32,000 nt of DNA from Caulobacter phage Cr30, in sequence record KF301602.1; one strand, written 5' to 3'. The notes under the pieces were generated by a model. That model saw only the letters and a program-made list of their open reading frames with translations, ran no database searches and had not been told where the DNA came from. Position 1 is the first letter of the stretch. The number at the start of each line of letters is the position of its first letter. Position numbers and translations under genes: made by a program. Below are positions 17,783-26,226 of the stretch, piece by piece.

Positions 17783-18249
17783 GAAATTGGATCCTGGGTC
17801 ACCAAAACCATTTCAATATCAGGCTTGAAGTAATTTGGCCCTTTCAGAACTTTGCCATCTTCACGATATACTGGTTTACCATCTTCACCAAGTTTGCTCA
17901 TGTTCGAAGAGTGAACTTCTGAAAACACTGAATCAAGATTGATACCATATTCTACAGCAGTACCATGGTTGAAATATTCAATATCTGCTAGAGCATCAGC
18001 GATTTCAACAATATCTGGAGCACGAACACGATCTAGGATTGATGCGACTTTCCATGCAGCCTGAATTAAATGAATACCGGCAGGATTGTAACCCTGAGCA
18101 TCTAAAAGTTCACAGAACTCTTCGATAATGAAACCATTGCGAAGATTTTCTCGTTGTACTGAAAGATTGTTTGGATTAGGAATAGTTCCGATTGGTTGAT
18201 TGTAAGTCTGATGAAACTGAAGAACTTTTTCAAAATTTGTCTTTGCCAT
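17779..18249 (-). CDS. MazG-like nucleoside triphosphate/phosphoribosyl-ATP pyrophosphohydrolase
   Basis: FIIEEFCELLDAQG ... EIADALADIEYFNHGTAVEYGINLDSVFSEVHSSNMSKLGEDGKPVYREDGKVLKGPNYFKPDI; start reassigned to MAKTNFEKVLQFHQ. Confidence 0.85.
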   Translation of the reverse strand: MAKTNFEKVLQFHQTYNQPIGTIPNPNNLSVQRENLRNGFIIEEFCELLDAQGYNPAGIHLIQAAWKVASILDRVRAPDIVEIADALADIEYFNHGTAVEYGINLDSVFSEVHSSNMSKLGEDGKPVYREDGKVLKGPNYFKPDIEMVLVTQDPIS

Positions 18250-18250
18250 T

Positions 18251-18670
18251 TTAATTCTTTCCCACAACATATTTGTGAATAATTTGGAATTCTTTTTTCT
18301 CTTTCGAGGGGACAACCTTGATTGAAGAAATTGGAGCAAGGTCTTTGAATACTTCTGTATTCTTGACAGTGACAAGACCCCATTCATTTAGAAGCCATGC
18401 AATTGTATTTCGACGTTTACGATCTTCTTCACTGAAAGAAGTCGGTTTGCGGTCAAGCATGAAACATTCTTTAAAATGGAGTAGCCAATAACGACCACGC
18501 TTGAAAAGAATAACACATGAAGGATAAAGAGTCTTTGGGGTTGTTTTTGAAGAACTAATTCCAATTCGTTCAAGCGTTTCCTTGACGATTAGGAAATCTT
18601 CGGGTTTAGAGAGTTCAATTTCGATAAATGATTCTAATAGTTCTTCAACTGATTTATTTTGATTTGTCAT
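18251..18670 (-). CDS. regA: RegA translational repressor
   Basis: EIELSKPEDFLIVKETLERIGISS...YPSCVILFKRGRYWLLHFKECFMLDRKPTSFSEEDRKRRNTIAWLLNEWGLV, close to T4 RegA. Confidence 0.92.
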   Translation of the reverse strand: MTNQNKSVEELLESFIEIELSKPEDFLIVKETLERIGISSSKTTPKTLYPSCVILFKRGRYWLLHFKECFMLDRKPTSFSEEDRKRRNTIAWLLNEWGLVTVKNTEVFKDLAPISSIKVVPSKEKKEFQIIHKYVVGKN

Positions 18671-18681
18671 GGTATACTTTC

Positions 18682-19149
18682 TTAAACTCCACCTTGATCA
18701 AGGTTTACTTCATTACGCAACTGTTGCATTTGTTCTTCTGTAAGAACATTCAAAAGAGCTGCTGCTTTCTCATTTGAATATTTGAAAACTTTCTTGATAA
18801 TTTCAATATCAGGATTTTCCATTCCCTTCCACCATTTACTCCATCGTTTCCTTGGGCGAATTGAAAGTCTCAAGAAATCAAATTGAGCATTCTTTGGAAG
18901 GTTTGGATATTGATTTACTTCATTAGCATAGAGCACCGTATCAGAGAAATAACTCAAACCTCTATTGATTATGAATGGTGCATATGCTTTCTCGACTTCT
19001 TCTTTCGACGGATAAGTCTTGAAAAGATTTTCTTTCTCTACACTATTAATTGCTGAAATGAAAGAGAAAGGATCAAGTTTCTTTTGTTTGGTTGGAGCAT
19101 CTTCACTCAAACCATTACTCCTTGAACTGGCAATCCGCAAGAACTTCAA
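18682..19149 (-). CDS. 62: sliding clamp loader small subunit (T4 gp62-like)
   Basis: Position between regA and the gp44-like gene; ENPDIEIIKKVFKYSNEKAAALLNVLTEEQMQQLR. Confidence 0.75.
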   Translation of the reverse strand: MKFLRIASSRSNGLSEDAPTKQKKLDPFSFISAINSVEKENLFKTYPSKEEVEKAYAPFIINRGLSYFSDTVLYANEVNQYPNLPKNAQFDFLRLSIRPRKRWSKWWKGMENPDIEIIKKVFKYSNEKAAALLNVLTEEQMQQLRNEVNLDQGGV

Positions 19150-20089
19150 CTAGAAAACTTGCGCGATTTATCTGAGTATCAGCAACTCGAGTTTCCATAT
19201 CCTGATATTTTCCAAGGAATAGAATCATCTGGGGAACAGATGAAGGCACAAGATAATCGTTGACAGTATCATAGAATTTACGATAAAAGTCTACAGAAGT
19301 AATATCTTCGTTTTCACCAATCCAACGGCGAATTGCATTGAATTGTTTCGGACCTTCGCGGAGTAGTTTGATAAGATCCTTGAAACGTTCTTCACCAAAG
19401 TCGACAAGAATTCCCGAATCGATTTGGCCAGTTTTGGAATATGCTTGAAGAGTATTCAGAGTCTTTCGAAAGTCTGGATAACATTTTGCAATGATGGCCA
19501 TGACTGCTTCCTTTTGATAAGGAATAGATTCTTCTTCAAGAATTGCATAGACTCGTTTTGCAAATTTCATTCCAAGATCAGCAAGTTCTTTCTTGGTGAA
19601 ATTGAACTCAATTGCTTGACCAAATCGCGATTGAAGTGGTTCAATGACTTTTGATTTGTAGTTACATGTAGCAACGAAGCCGCAGTTTGCCGCGTAAGCT
19701 TCCATGAAGTTGCGAAGAGATTTCTGAGCCATTTCTGACATACCATCAATCTCATCGATAAGAACCATCTTTCGATGGCCTTCACTCATCAGAGAAACAG
19801 TCGAAGCGAAATTTTGAATCTCTGTTCGAACAGTATCAATATTTCTATCAAGACTTGCGTTAATTTCAAGAAAATCGATATTCAGCTGATTGAAAAGAGC
19901 CTTGAGAATTGTGGTTTTACCCACACCAGCCGTACCCGAAATCAGAATGTTACTGTCGATTTTACCATCAATAACATATGCCTGAAAGATTTTCTTGAAA
20001 CGCTCGGGTAGAATACAAGACTCTACAGTATTTGGTCTATATTTTTCAACAAAGGCCACATGTCTTGGATCACTCACAAGTGATGTCAT
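19115..20089 (-). CDS. 44: sliding clamp loader AAA+ subunit (T4 gp44-like)
   Basis: FVEKYRPNTVESCILP, ILISGTAGVGKTTILKAL, KMVLIDEIDGM, AQKSLRNFMEAYAANCGFVATCNYKSKVIEPLQSR. Confidence 0.93.
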   Translation of the reverse strand: MTSLVSDPRHVAFVEKYRPNTVESCILPERFKKIFQAYVIDGKIDSNILISGTAGVGKTTILKALFNQLNIDFLEINASLDRNIDTVRTEIQNFASTVSLMSEGHRKMVLIDEIDGMSEMAQKSLRNFMEAYAANCGFVATCNYKSKVIEPLQSRFGQAIEFNFTKKELADLGMKFAKRVYAILEEESIPYQKEAVMAIIAKCYPDFRKTLNTLQAYSKTGQIDSGILVDFGEERFKDLIKLLREGPKQFNAIRRWIGENEDITSVDFYRKFYDTVNDYLVPSSVPQMILFLGKYQDMETRVADTQINRASFLVEVLADCQFKE

Positions 20090-20119
20090 ACTTTACTCCA
20101 ATATTTTAGAAAGACACTT

Positions 20120-20148
20120 AGAATACTTTAAAGAGGAAAGAAAGTAAA
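20120..20148 (-). promoter_or_regulatory. candidate promoter upstream of gp44
   Basis: Minus strand TTTACT (20143-20148), 17-nt spacer, TATTCT (20120-20125). Confidence 0.55.
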
Positions 20149-20149
20149 G

Positions 20150-20179
20150 CCTCAACTGCTATTCAGTAAGCAGTTGAGG
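20150..20179 (-). terminator. 11-bp perfect hairpin overlapping the stop of the 100-aa gene, followed by a T-rich run
   Basis: CCTCAACTGCT (20150-20160)/AGCAGTTGAGG (20169-20179); minus strand continues CTTTACTTTCTTTCC. Confidence 0.7.
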
Positions 20180-20461
20180 ACCAGACTTAAGTTCTGCAAG
20201 TTCAGTTTCAAGACATTGAATTTTTTTGCGAAGTTCAATTTCTTTTTCGAGTTGTTCTACTCGTTGTTCTAGATCGGTTCGCCATTGTTCATTTTCATCG
20301 GAAATACAATCGGGCTGAGATTTTTCCCGATCGAGTTCTTTTGCAATACGAATCATGTCGACGATTTTACGAGCAGCGGGATAATCGGATTCTGGAATAG
20401 TCCAAGGAACCGGCCAAAGATTATCACGACCGTACCCTGTAACTGCTGAAACGATACACAT
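20159..20461 (-). CDS. conserved phage protein, MCIVSAVTGYG... family (100 aa)
   Basis: MCIVSAVTGYGRDNLWP N-terminus and C-terminal coiled coil. Confidence 0.7.
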   Translation of the reverse strand: MCIVSAVTGYGRDNLWPVPWTIPESDYPAARKIVDMIRIAKELDREKSQPDCISDENEQWRTDLEQRVEQLEKEIELRKKIQCLETELAELKSGPQLLTE

Positions 20462-21126
20462 TATGAAATAACCGAATTAGCCTCGACGGCGATGAGATAG
20501 TAAGCACGATCAGAAACCCAACGCGAAAGAGCGAGTTCACCCTTTTTACCAATTGAGACGGTATAATCGTCTGCCAGAACTTTCAGATTTTCAGTCTTGA
20601 AAATGACTTTGAAATTTAGATCAGTTTCACCAACATCAAATTGATAGTTGTTACCATCAGTTTCCTTCGTCGAAAGAGCACGAGCAGTGATTTTACCATT
20701 TTCGCCAACGATAGCAACTTCTGGAACACCCAGAACACTACCGGCTTTTTGAATTTTCGCAAGAACAGCTGAAGTGATTGTGACTTCAACATCGACTTTC
20801 GGGAATTCAATTTCTTTCTTCGGGGGAGCAATAATCAGTTTTGAATCGCCATAGCGATAATTGACTCGTTCTTCTTTCGAAGAAACAGTGACGTAAGAAT
20901 CATTGAAAGTCAGTTCAGGTTCATCCATGAGAGAAAGAACATTCAGGAACTGGCCAAGATCATAGATTGCAAATTCACGATCGAAGTCATCTTGAACATC
21001 GACCTTTGCAATGATAGTCTTTTGAGGTGAAACTGTTTCCAGCTTCTTACCTTCTTTGAAAATAATGCCGTTGTTGATTGAGGCAAAGCTCTTAAGAACA
21101 GCAATAGTATCAGCGCTAATTTTCAT
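20461..21126 (-). CDS. 45: DNA polymerase sliding clamp (T4 gp45-like)
   Basis: MKISADTIAVLKSFASINNGIIFKEGKKLETVS...FAIYDLGQFLNVLSLMDEPEL; placed directly upstream of the gp44 region. Confidence 0.9.
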   Translation of the reverse strand: MKISADTIAVLKSFASINNGIIFKEGKKLETVSPQKTIIAKVDVQDDFDREFAIYDLGQFLNVLSLMDEPELTFNDSYVTVSSKEERVNYRYGDSKLIIAPPKKEIEFPKVDVEVTITSAVLAKIQKAGSVLGVPEVAIVGENGKITARALSTKETDGNNYQFDVGETDLNFKVIFKTENLKVLADDYTVSIGKKGELALSRWVSDRAYYLIAVEANSVIS

Positions 21127-21350
21127 TTTGATTTCTTCTTTCGTTTACGTTTAGATTTTGATTTGGTTGAAGTATCTATAGAAGTTTCTTGAAAGTTGTT
21201 CAAAAAGAACTTACGAATTCTGTTTCGCTTTGCTTCAAGAACTTGATAGACATCAATGTATACGCCATTTTCACCGACAAGTAAAGATTTATTTGGAGGC
21301 GTTAGAGTATCGGCGTAACAACTGTAAGCAATATCACTTAGTCGTTTCAA
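21123..21350 (-). CDS. small basic-tailed hypothetical protein (75 aa)
   Basis: ORF track; overlaps both neighbours; C-terminus KSKSKRKRKKKSK. Confidence 0.6.
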   Translation of the reverse strand: MKRLSDIAYSCYADTLTPPNKSLLVGENGVYIDVYQVLEAKRNRIRKFFLNNFQETSIDTSTKSKSKRKRKKKSK

Positions 21351-21610
21351 ATTTCACCAAGAGCGGTGAGATATAAATCCAAAATTGATTCCTCTTCTTG
21401 CCGCTTCGCTCGATCCTGTTGGCGAATACGAATCACTTTACGAATGATTTTCGTATCAAAACCATTGCCTTTGGCTTCATTTAGGACTTCTTTAACTTGT
21501 TCTTGAATTTCTTTCTTTTCAATTACAAGTCGTTCAACCCGATCAATGATTGATTTCAGTTGAGATTTCGCAGTCGTATTAATCACATCTACTGATGCTA
21601 CTTCAGTCAT
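21347..21610 (-). CDS. gapR: GapR/DUF2312-family DNA-binding protein
   Basis: AKSQLKSIIDRVERLVIEKKEIQEQVKEVLNEAKGNGFDTKIIRKVIRIRQQDRAKRQEEESILDLYLTALG; near-canonical AKGNGFD..K.iRK.iR.RkqD..rqEEe.iLDlYl.Al signature. Confidence 0.92.
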   Translation of the reverse strand: MTEVASVDVINTTAKSQLKSIIDRVERLVIEKKEIQEQVKEVLNEAKGNGFDTKIIRKVIRIRQQDRAKRQEEESILDLYLTALGEI

Positions 21611-21682
21611 ATTCAGTTTACCTTTGATTTAATTTGACAACCTATGCTTAACTTTTAAGGAGAAAGTTAAACCAAAACCAAA

Positions 21683-21895
21683 TTATTCTTCATACCAAGT
21701 AACAGTGAAAAAACATCCACCATTTTCGGATTCATCTTCCCAAATTTCAGAAGGATTTAGATCTTTCGAAATCAACAAATCTCGAAAATCTGATGCCGCA
21801 TACCACCCAGTGAATCGTTGAACATGCTTTTTCATTTTCCGATAATCACCTTTCGAAGAGTCAACCATAAAATGCTTAGTTCTCCATTCCACCAT
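21683..21895 (-). CDS. small hypothetical protein (70 aa)
   Basis: ORF track. Confidence 0.5.
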   Translation of the reverse strand: MVEWRTKHFMVDSSKGDYRKMKKHVQRFTGWYAASDFRDLLISKDLNPSEIWEDESENGGCFFTVTWYEE

Positions 21896-21973
21896 TCAAT
21901 TCCAATGAAAATAGGCTGGAAGCCAGAAGTTCCTAGAATGAGTGGTCCAAACTTATGAAGTTTTAGGATAAGA

Positions 21974-22135
21974 TTAGAGTTCACCAAGTTCCTTGATTCC
22001 GGGATAGAGCGTTTCAGCGACAAAAACGGCATCATCGCGATTGCTGAAAAAACGATCGTGGTCGATCAGTTGACCCTCGAAATTGTAGACATTGAACATA
22101 AAGAAACCATCTTCACGTTGAATTTCGTAAGCCAT
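21974..22135 (-). CDS. small hypothetical protein (53 aa), missing from the ORF track
   Basis: Manual translation MAYEIQREDGFFMFNVYNFEGQLIDHDRFFSNRDDAVFVAETLYPGIKELGEL; upstream candidate promoter. Confidence 0.6.
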   Translation of the reverse strand: MAYEIQREDGFFMFNVYNFEGQLIDHDRFFSNRDDAVFVAETLYPGIKELGEL

Positions 22136-22173
22136 TTTGATTTCTCCTTTGATGATTAACCAACCTTGAAATC

Positions 22174-22202
22174 ATTATGGCTTACGATTCAAAAGAAGTA
22201 AA
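22174..22202 (-). promoter_or_regulatory. candidate promoter
   Basis: Minus strand TTTACT (22197-22202), 17-nt spacer, CATAAT (22174-22179). Confidence 0.55.
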
Positions 22203-22207
22203 GTGAT

Positions 22208-23056
22208 TTATTTCTTATTTTTGAGTAGTTCTGGTTCAGCGGTAGGATTTGATCCGAGTCTTGCCTGACCTTCAAGTCCGCCGATGCCAAACAGATAACT
22301 TCCAAAATGCTGAATTTTGAACCACGGACATAGCCAGCATTTCAGACCGATTTTACGAGCAGCTTGTGTAAAATGATAATCTTCTGAAAGGTATCTACGT
22401 GATACAGGATCGATAGGACAATCAAAGAACGCATAAATTTCACGAGAACCGTCAAAGTTTGCTGTTCGAACGTGATCCGGTAGATATGCCTTTTCAGGAT
22501 AGGCTTCGATCATTTTCTCAAACACTTTTCGTTTGATCATCATAAAACCAGTACCGAGTTCGGCGACTTCAGCAGGTTCTGAAAGTTTAATTTCAGTTGT
22601 ACCTTCGATGGGATTGAATACGAAATCACCAACAAACTTTTCAAGTTCATTTGGATCTTCGTCTGCGTGACCTTTATCTACTGCTAGTTTGATCTTTTCC
22701 CAAGTAATGCATTTCTTGGCATAGGGTCCACCAACAATATCATATTCTGAATCATCGCCCATAAGAGCAAGCATTGTTAGAACATCGTTTGCATCAAATG
22801 CGATATCGGCATCAATGAAAAGCATATGACTACAATCACTACGAAGGAATTCATCGGCACAATAATTTCTTGCTCGCTGAACAAGACTTTCGTTCATGAG
22901 AAAATGAGTCTTGAAAGGAATTCCGTAAGCAGTCATAGTGCTACAAAGTTCACCAAAAGATTTGGTGAACACTGCTGCTGTATTGCCACCATAACATGGG
23001 AGCGCGAGAAAGATAGATCTTTCTCGCAGTTTTGAAATTTCAATATTAATTTCCAT
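22208..23056 (-). CDS. glycosyltransferase-like (GT-A fold) protein
   Basis: IFLALPCYGG...SLVQRARNYCADEFLRSDCSHMLFIDADIAFDANDVLTML...DIVGGPYAKKCITWE; ELGTGFMMIKRKVFE; YLSEDYHFTQAARKIG. Confidence 0.75.
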   Translation of the reverse strand: MEINIEISKLRERSIFLALPCYGGNTAAVFTKSFGELCSTMTAYGIPFKTHFLMNESLVQRARNYCADEFLRSDCSHMLFIDADIAFDANDVLTMLALMGDDSEYDIVGGPYAKKCITWEKIKLAVDKGHADEDPNELEKFVGDFVFNPIEGTTEIKLSEPAEVAELGTGFMMIKRKVFEKMIEAYPEKAYLPDHVRTANFDGSREIYAFFDCPIDPVSRRYLSEDYHFTQAARKIGLKCWLCPWFKIQHFGSYLFGIGGLEGQARLGSNPTAEPELLKNKK

Positions 23057-23276
23057 TTTCAACCGTTTCTGTTTGTTCTTTTGAAAGAGTTTCTGCGATG
23101 TCATCAAATAAATTTCTGATCATTTGATTGATTTCTATGAAACCATTCAGAATTGAATTGAATCGTTCTCTGGCTTGATCATCATCAGGAGTTCCGATGA
23201 AATTTAGATACTCTGAATTGATCGAATTGAACTTGATCAGAATATTCTCTGTTTTCTTTGTAAGAGTTTCACTCAT
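23046..23276 (-). CDS. small helical hypothetical protein (start at ATG 23274-23276)
   Basis: MSETLTKKTENILIKFNSINSEYLNF... Confidence 0.55.
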   Translation of the reverse strand: MSETLTKKTENILIKFNSINSEYLNFIGTPDDDQARERFNSILNGFIEINQMIRNLFDDIAETLSKEQTETVENGN

Positions 23277-23382
23277 TTGTTGAACTCTTCTTTTGTAGCA
23301 CAAAGAAACCTTTGTTTTCAGAAACAGTCTTCATCTTGAAATTCACTTGGACTTGTTGAGTTGAATATTGAACAGTAGTCAT
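23269..23382 (-). CDS. 37-aa hypothetical protein, missing from the ORF track
   Basis: Manual translation MTTVQYSTQQVQVNFKMKTVSENKGFFVLQKKSSTNE; overlaps the next start. Confidence 0.4.
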   Translation of the reverse strand: MTTVQYSTQQVQVNFKMKTVSENKGFFVLQKKSSTNE

Positions 23383-23458
23383 TCTATTATTTCCTTTTAC
23401 TTCATTCATTCGGTTTACAACTTTAATCATACTCAACAAATCACTAATAAGCTTTACA

Positions 23459-23971
23459 TTACTTCATTCTTTTCTTAACCTTCGCGATACGTTTCTTGAG
23501 TAATTGACCTTTAAGGCCAGTAGTTTTATCGATCATTGTAATACCATTCAAATGATCAATTTCATGTTGAATAACTCTTGCAGTAAAATCTTCAAATTTC
23601 TTTGTAACGACATTACCATTTGGTTCGGTATAACGAACTTTAATTCGTCGAGGTCTTTCAACTTCTGTGAAAATTCCCGGAAAACTTACACAACCTTCTT
23701 CCAATGTAATCAGAGTTTCATAAGATGCATCAATGATTTTTGGATTGAACATGACAATGACAGGATTAGATTGAATCGCAATGACTTGAAGATTAATACC
23801 AATTTGAGGAGCAGCTAATCCAATTGCCTTCTCAGTAATCATCTTTGCTGAAAGAAATCGAGCAAATTCGATTGGATCACAAGGTGAATTATGAAAATCA
23901 AATTTTTGAGAAGGAGTATGAATTGACTCTGGATCGAATTCTACTTTGTCCAGAAGAGTTTTACCAAACAT
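23459..23971 (-). CDS. def: peptide deformylase
   Basis: GLAAPQIGINLQVIAI, EEGCVSFPG, QHEIDHLNGI motifs. Confidence 0.95.
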   Translation of the reverse strand: MFGKTLLDKVEFDPESIHTPSQKFDFHNSPCDPIEFARFLSAKMITEKAIGLAAPQIGINLQVIAIQSNPVIVMFNPKIIDASYETLITLEEGCVSFPGIFTEVERPRRIKVRYTEPNGNVVTKKFEDFTARVIQHEIDHLNGITMIDKTTGLKGQLLKKRIAKVKKRMK

Positions 23972-23973
23972 AT

Positions 23974-24516
23974 TTATTTTCCGTAGAGTTTTCTGATTGC
24001 TTCTTCACCTGCTGGAGTCACTTTTCGTGATCCAATTCCAGTATAAATTCCTTGAGGTTTAGGGACGTCATTACAAACAATCCAAGAATTCATATATCGA
24101 GTATACCACTTTTCAGTATGCATATCAAATACATATAGTGATGGTTCAATATCATCTTGGAAATCTTCGAACATTTGAACTGCCCAAGCCGTTCCTCCTT
24201 CAATGTTCGAAGATTTCCAGTCAATGTAAGTGACTGCGTAAACAGATTTAGTATCATTTACTTGAAAATAATTTCTTCTAAGAAGATTATCGTTGTATTG
24301 GCTTCTGGTTGGAAATTTTCTTTGAAGTTTCAGATTTGCTCTACGAAGATATTGATCTGCTTCGAGTAGTTGACTTATGGAAAGAATTGAATGATCTGGT
24401 AAATTTTTCTTTGAGTAATCAAAATGATAATGAATTACTCCATGACCAGAAAGACGAGCATACTTTCCGAAAAGAGTATCTGCTCCTATAGCTCCTCCAG
24501 ATTTACAAAGATTCAT
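23974..24516 (-). CDS. SLOG/Rossmann-like protein with apparently permuted motif order
   Basis: N-term CKSGGAIGADTLFGKYA; C-term GIYTGIGSRKVTPAGEEAIRKLYG. Confidence 0.55.
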   Translation of the reverse strand: MNLCKSGGAIGADTLFGKYARLSGHGVIHYHFDYSKKNLPDHSILSISQLLEADQYLRRANLKLQRKFPTRSQYNDNLLRRNYFQVNDTKSVYAVTYIDWKSSNIEGGTAWAVQMFEDFQDDIEPSLYVFDMHTEKWYTRYMNSWIVCNDVPKPQGIYTGIGSRKVTPAGEEAIRKLYGK

Positions 24517-26226
24517 TTATTCTTCCGCGAATCTCGAAAAGTTTTTGACTTTTTCGATTTTTATGGTATGTTCAAATTTGTCCATCATAGATTCTCTATG
24601 GGAAATAACAAAGACGTGAGTTTTTTCAAGTGAATGAAGAATCTTTACAAGATCATCAATTCCTTCATTATCAACTCCACCATCTGCAACTTCATCCAAA
24701 ATGAGAAGATTTGTTGCAGAAGAATTTCTCATCGTTGCAACATATCGCCAAGCAAAGATAAGAGCCATGTTGATTCTAGCTTTCTCTCCTTCTGAGAAAG
24801 ACTCATAAGAAAAATTTTCTCTGAAACGGCTTTTCAAGGTTTCCTTGAATGTTTCGTCGATTTCAAATTGAACATTGAGATCGAGAATATTCAGATATTT
24901 GTTGATTGCTCCATTAATAATTGGAATGTATTGCTTGATGATCTTGGATTTAATCCCACCATCTTTGAGAAGAACTGAAGCAACATCGTAAGTTGCTTTT
25001 TGATTTACGAGTTCTTCTCTACGTTTATCTAGTAGTTCTTTGGAGGAATAAAGTTCTTCTAATTTACTTTGTTCTACTTCTTCTGTAAAGGACTTTGTTT
25101 CAGAATTCAATTCTTTTTCAAGTTGAACAATAAACTTTTGAAACCCATTTATTGTCGAATTGTAGTCTGAAATTGTTCTAGTCAATCCATTAATTTCAGC
25201 CAAAATATTTTGAATTTCTAGAGAACGATTTGAAAGAACTGTCAGATCTTCAGAAAGTTTCTCGAGACCATTTTCGATTTCTTGAATTTTCTTTTCTTTT
25301 TTCGAAACAGAATCACATTTGAAAGTTTCATCAATATCTTGTTTACATGTTGGACAATGATCATAATCATGAAAGAATTTCAATTCTTTCTTTAGTTTTG
25401 ATTTTCTTTCTCTTAGTTGTGCTTCGACTGTAGAATATTGTTTGATTTTCTTTGAAACGGTCGATTGGTCTTGAATTGAATTCTGAAGATTGTCAATTTG
25501 TTTTTGAGTTGTTTGAATTTTCTTTTGAAATTCTTCAATTGAAAGAGACGTTTCTTCAATTTTTTCTCGAATTGAATCTTTTTCGACTTTAGCAGCGTTC
25601 TTGGAATTTTGAATGAATTGTTTCTGAAGACGAATCTTTTCTTCAATCAAATCAGATTCATAGCGAATTTCTGAAAGAGCATTTTTATTTTCGTCGACAC
25701 GATCTCGAAGAAGTCGATTCATTTTCGAAAATACTTGAAGATCAAGCAAATCTTCAATAATTTCTCTTCGTCCTCCTGAACCAAGTTTCATGAAAGGAAC
25801 AAAAGTCGCTGTCCCAATGATGACAATCTGACAAAATGATTTGTGATTCATTCGAAGAATTCGCTTCTCCAAATGTTCTTGATACTCAAACGTTCCAGGA
25901 TTTTTAAGTAGGACACCATTTTCCCAAATCTCAAAGATTTCGGGTGCCATGCCTCGACGAACAAGATATTCGTTTTTACCAATCGAAAATGTTACTTCAA
26001 CTTTACAATCTTTTTTGTTAATTGAATTGATCAACTGACCTTTGTTGATATTTCGAAATGGTTTCTTATACAACACAAATGAAAGAGGATCTAATAGACC
26101 ACCAGATTTGTTTGAACCATTTCTACCATGAATAAGAGTAGTCGCGTGAGCATCAAGTTGATAGCGCATTGATTTTTCACCAATGCTCATGAAATTCCAT
26201 GTTTCTAACGTCTTGAATACAATCAT
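24517..26226 (-). CDS. 46: SbcC/Rad50-like recombination ATPase (T4 gp46-like)
   Basis: TTLIHGRNGSNKS, CPTCKQD zinc hook, FSEGEKARINMALIFAWR, NLLILDEVADGGVDNEG. Confidence 0.93.
   Translation of the reverse strand: MIVFKTLETWNFMSIGEKSMRYQLDAHATTLIHGRNGSNKSGGLLDPLSFVLYKKPFRNINKGQLINSINKKDCKVEVTFSIGKNEYLVRRGMAPEIFEIWENGVLLKNPGTFEYQEHLEKRILRMNHKSFCQIVIIGTATFVPFMKLGSGGRREIIEDLLDLQVFSKMNRLLRDRVDENKNALSEIRYESDLIEEKIRLQKQFIQNSKNAAKVEKDSIREKIEETSLSIEEFQKKIQTTQKQIDNLQNSIQDQSTVSKKIKQYSTVEAQLRERKSKLKKELKFFHDYDHCPTCKQDIDETFKCDSVSKKEKKIQEIENGLEKLSEDLTVLSNRSLEIQNILAEINGLTRTISDYNSTINGFQKFIVQLEKELNSETKSFTEEVEQSKLEELYSSKELLDKRREELVNQKATYDVASVLLKDGGIKSKIIKQYIPIINGAINKYLNILDLNVQFEIDETFKETLKSRFRENFSYESFSEGEKARINMALIFAWRYVATMRNSSATNLLILDEVADGGVDNEGIDDLVKILHSLEKTHVFVISHRESMMDKFEHTIKIEKVKNFSRFAEE

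Noticed and set aside
25413-25646. 77-aa Lys/Phe-rich minus ORF
   Set aside because: Shadow frame within the gp46 coiled-coil coding sequence.
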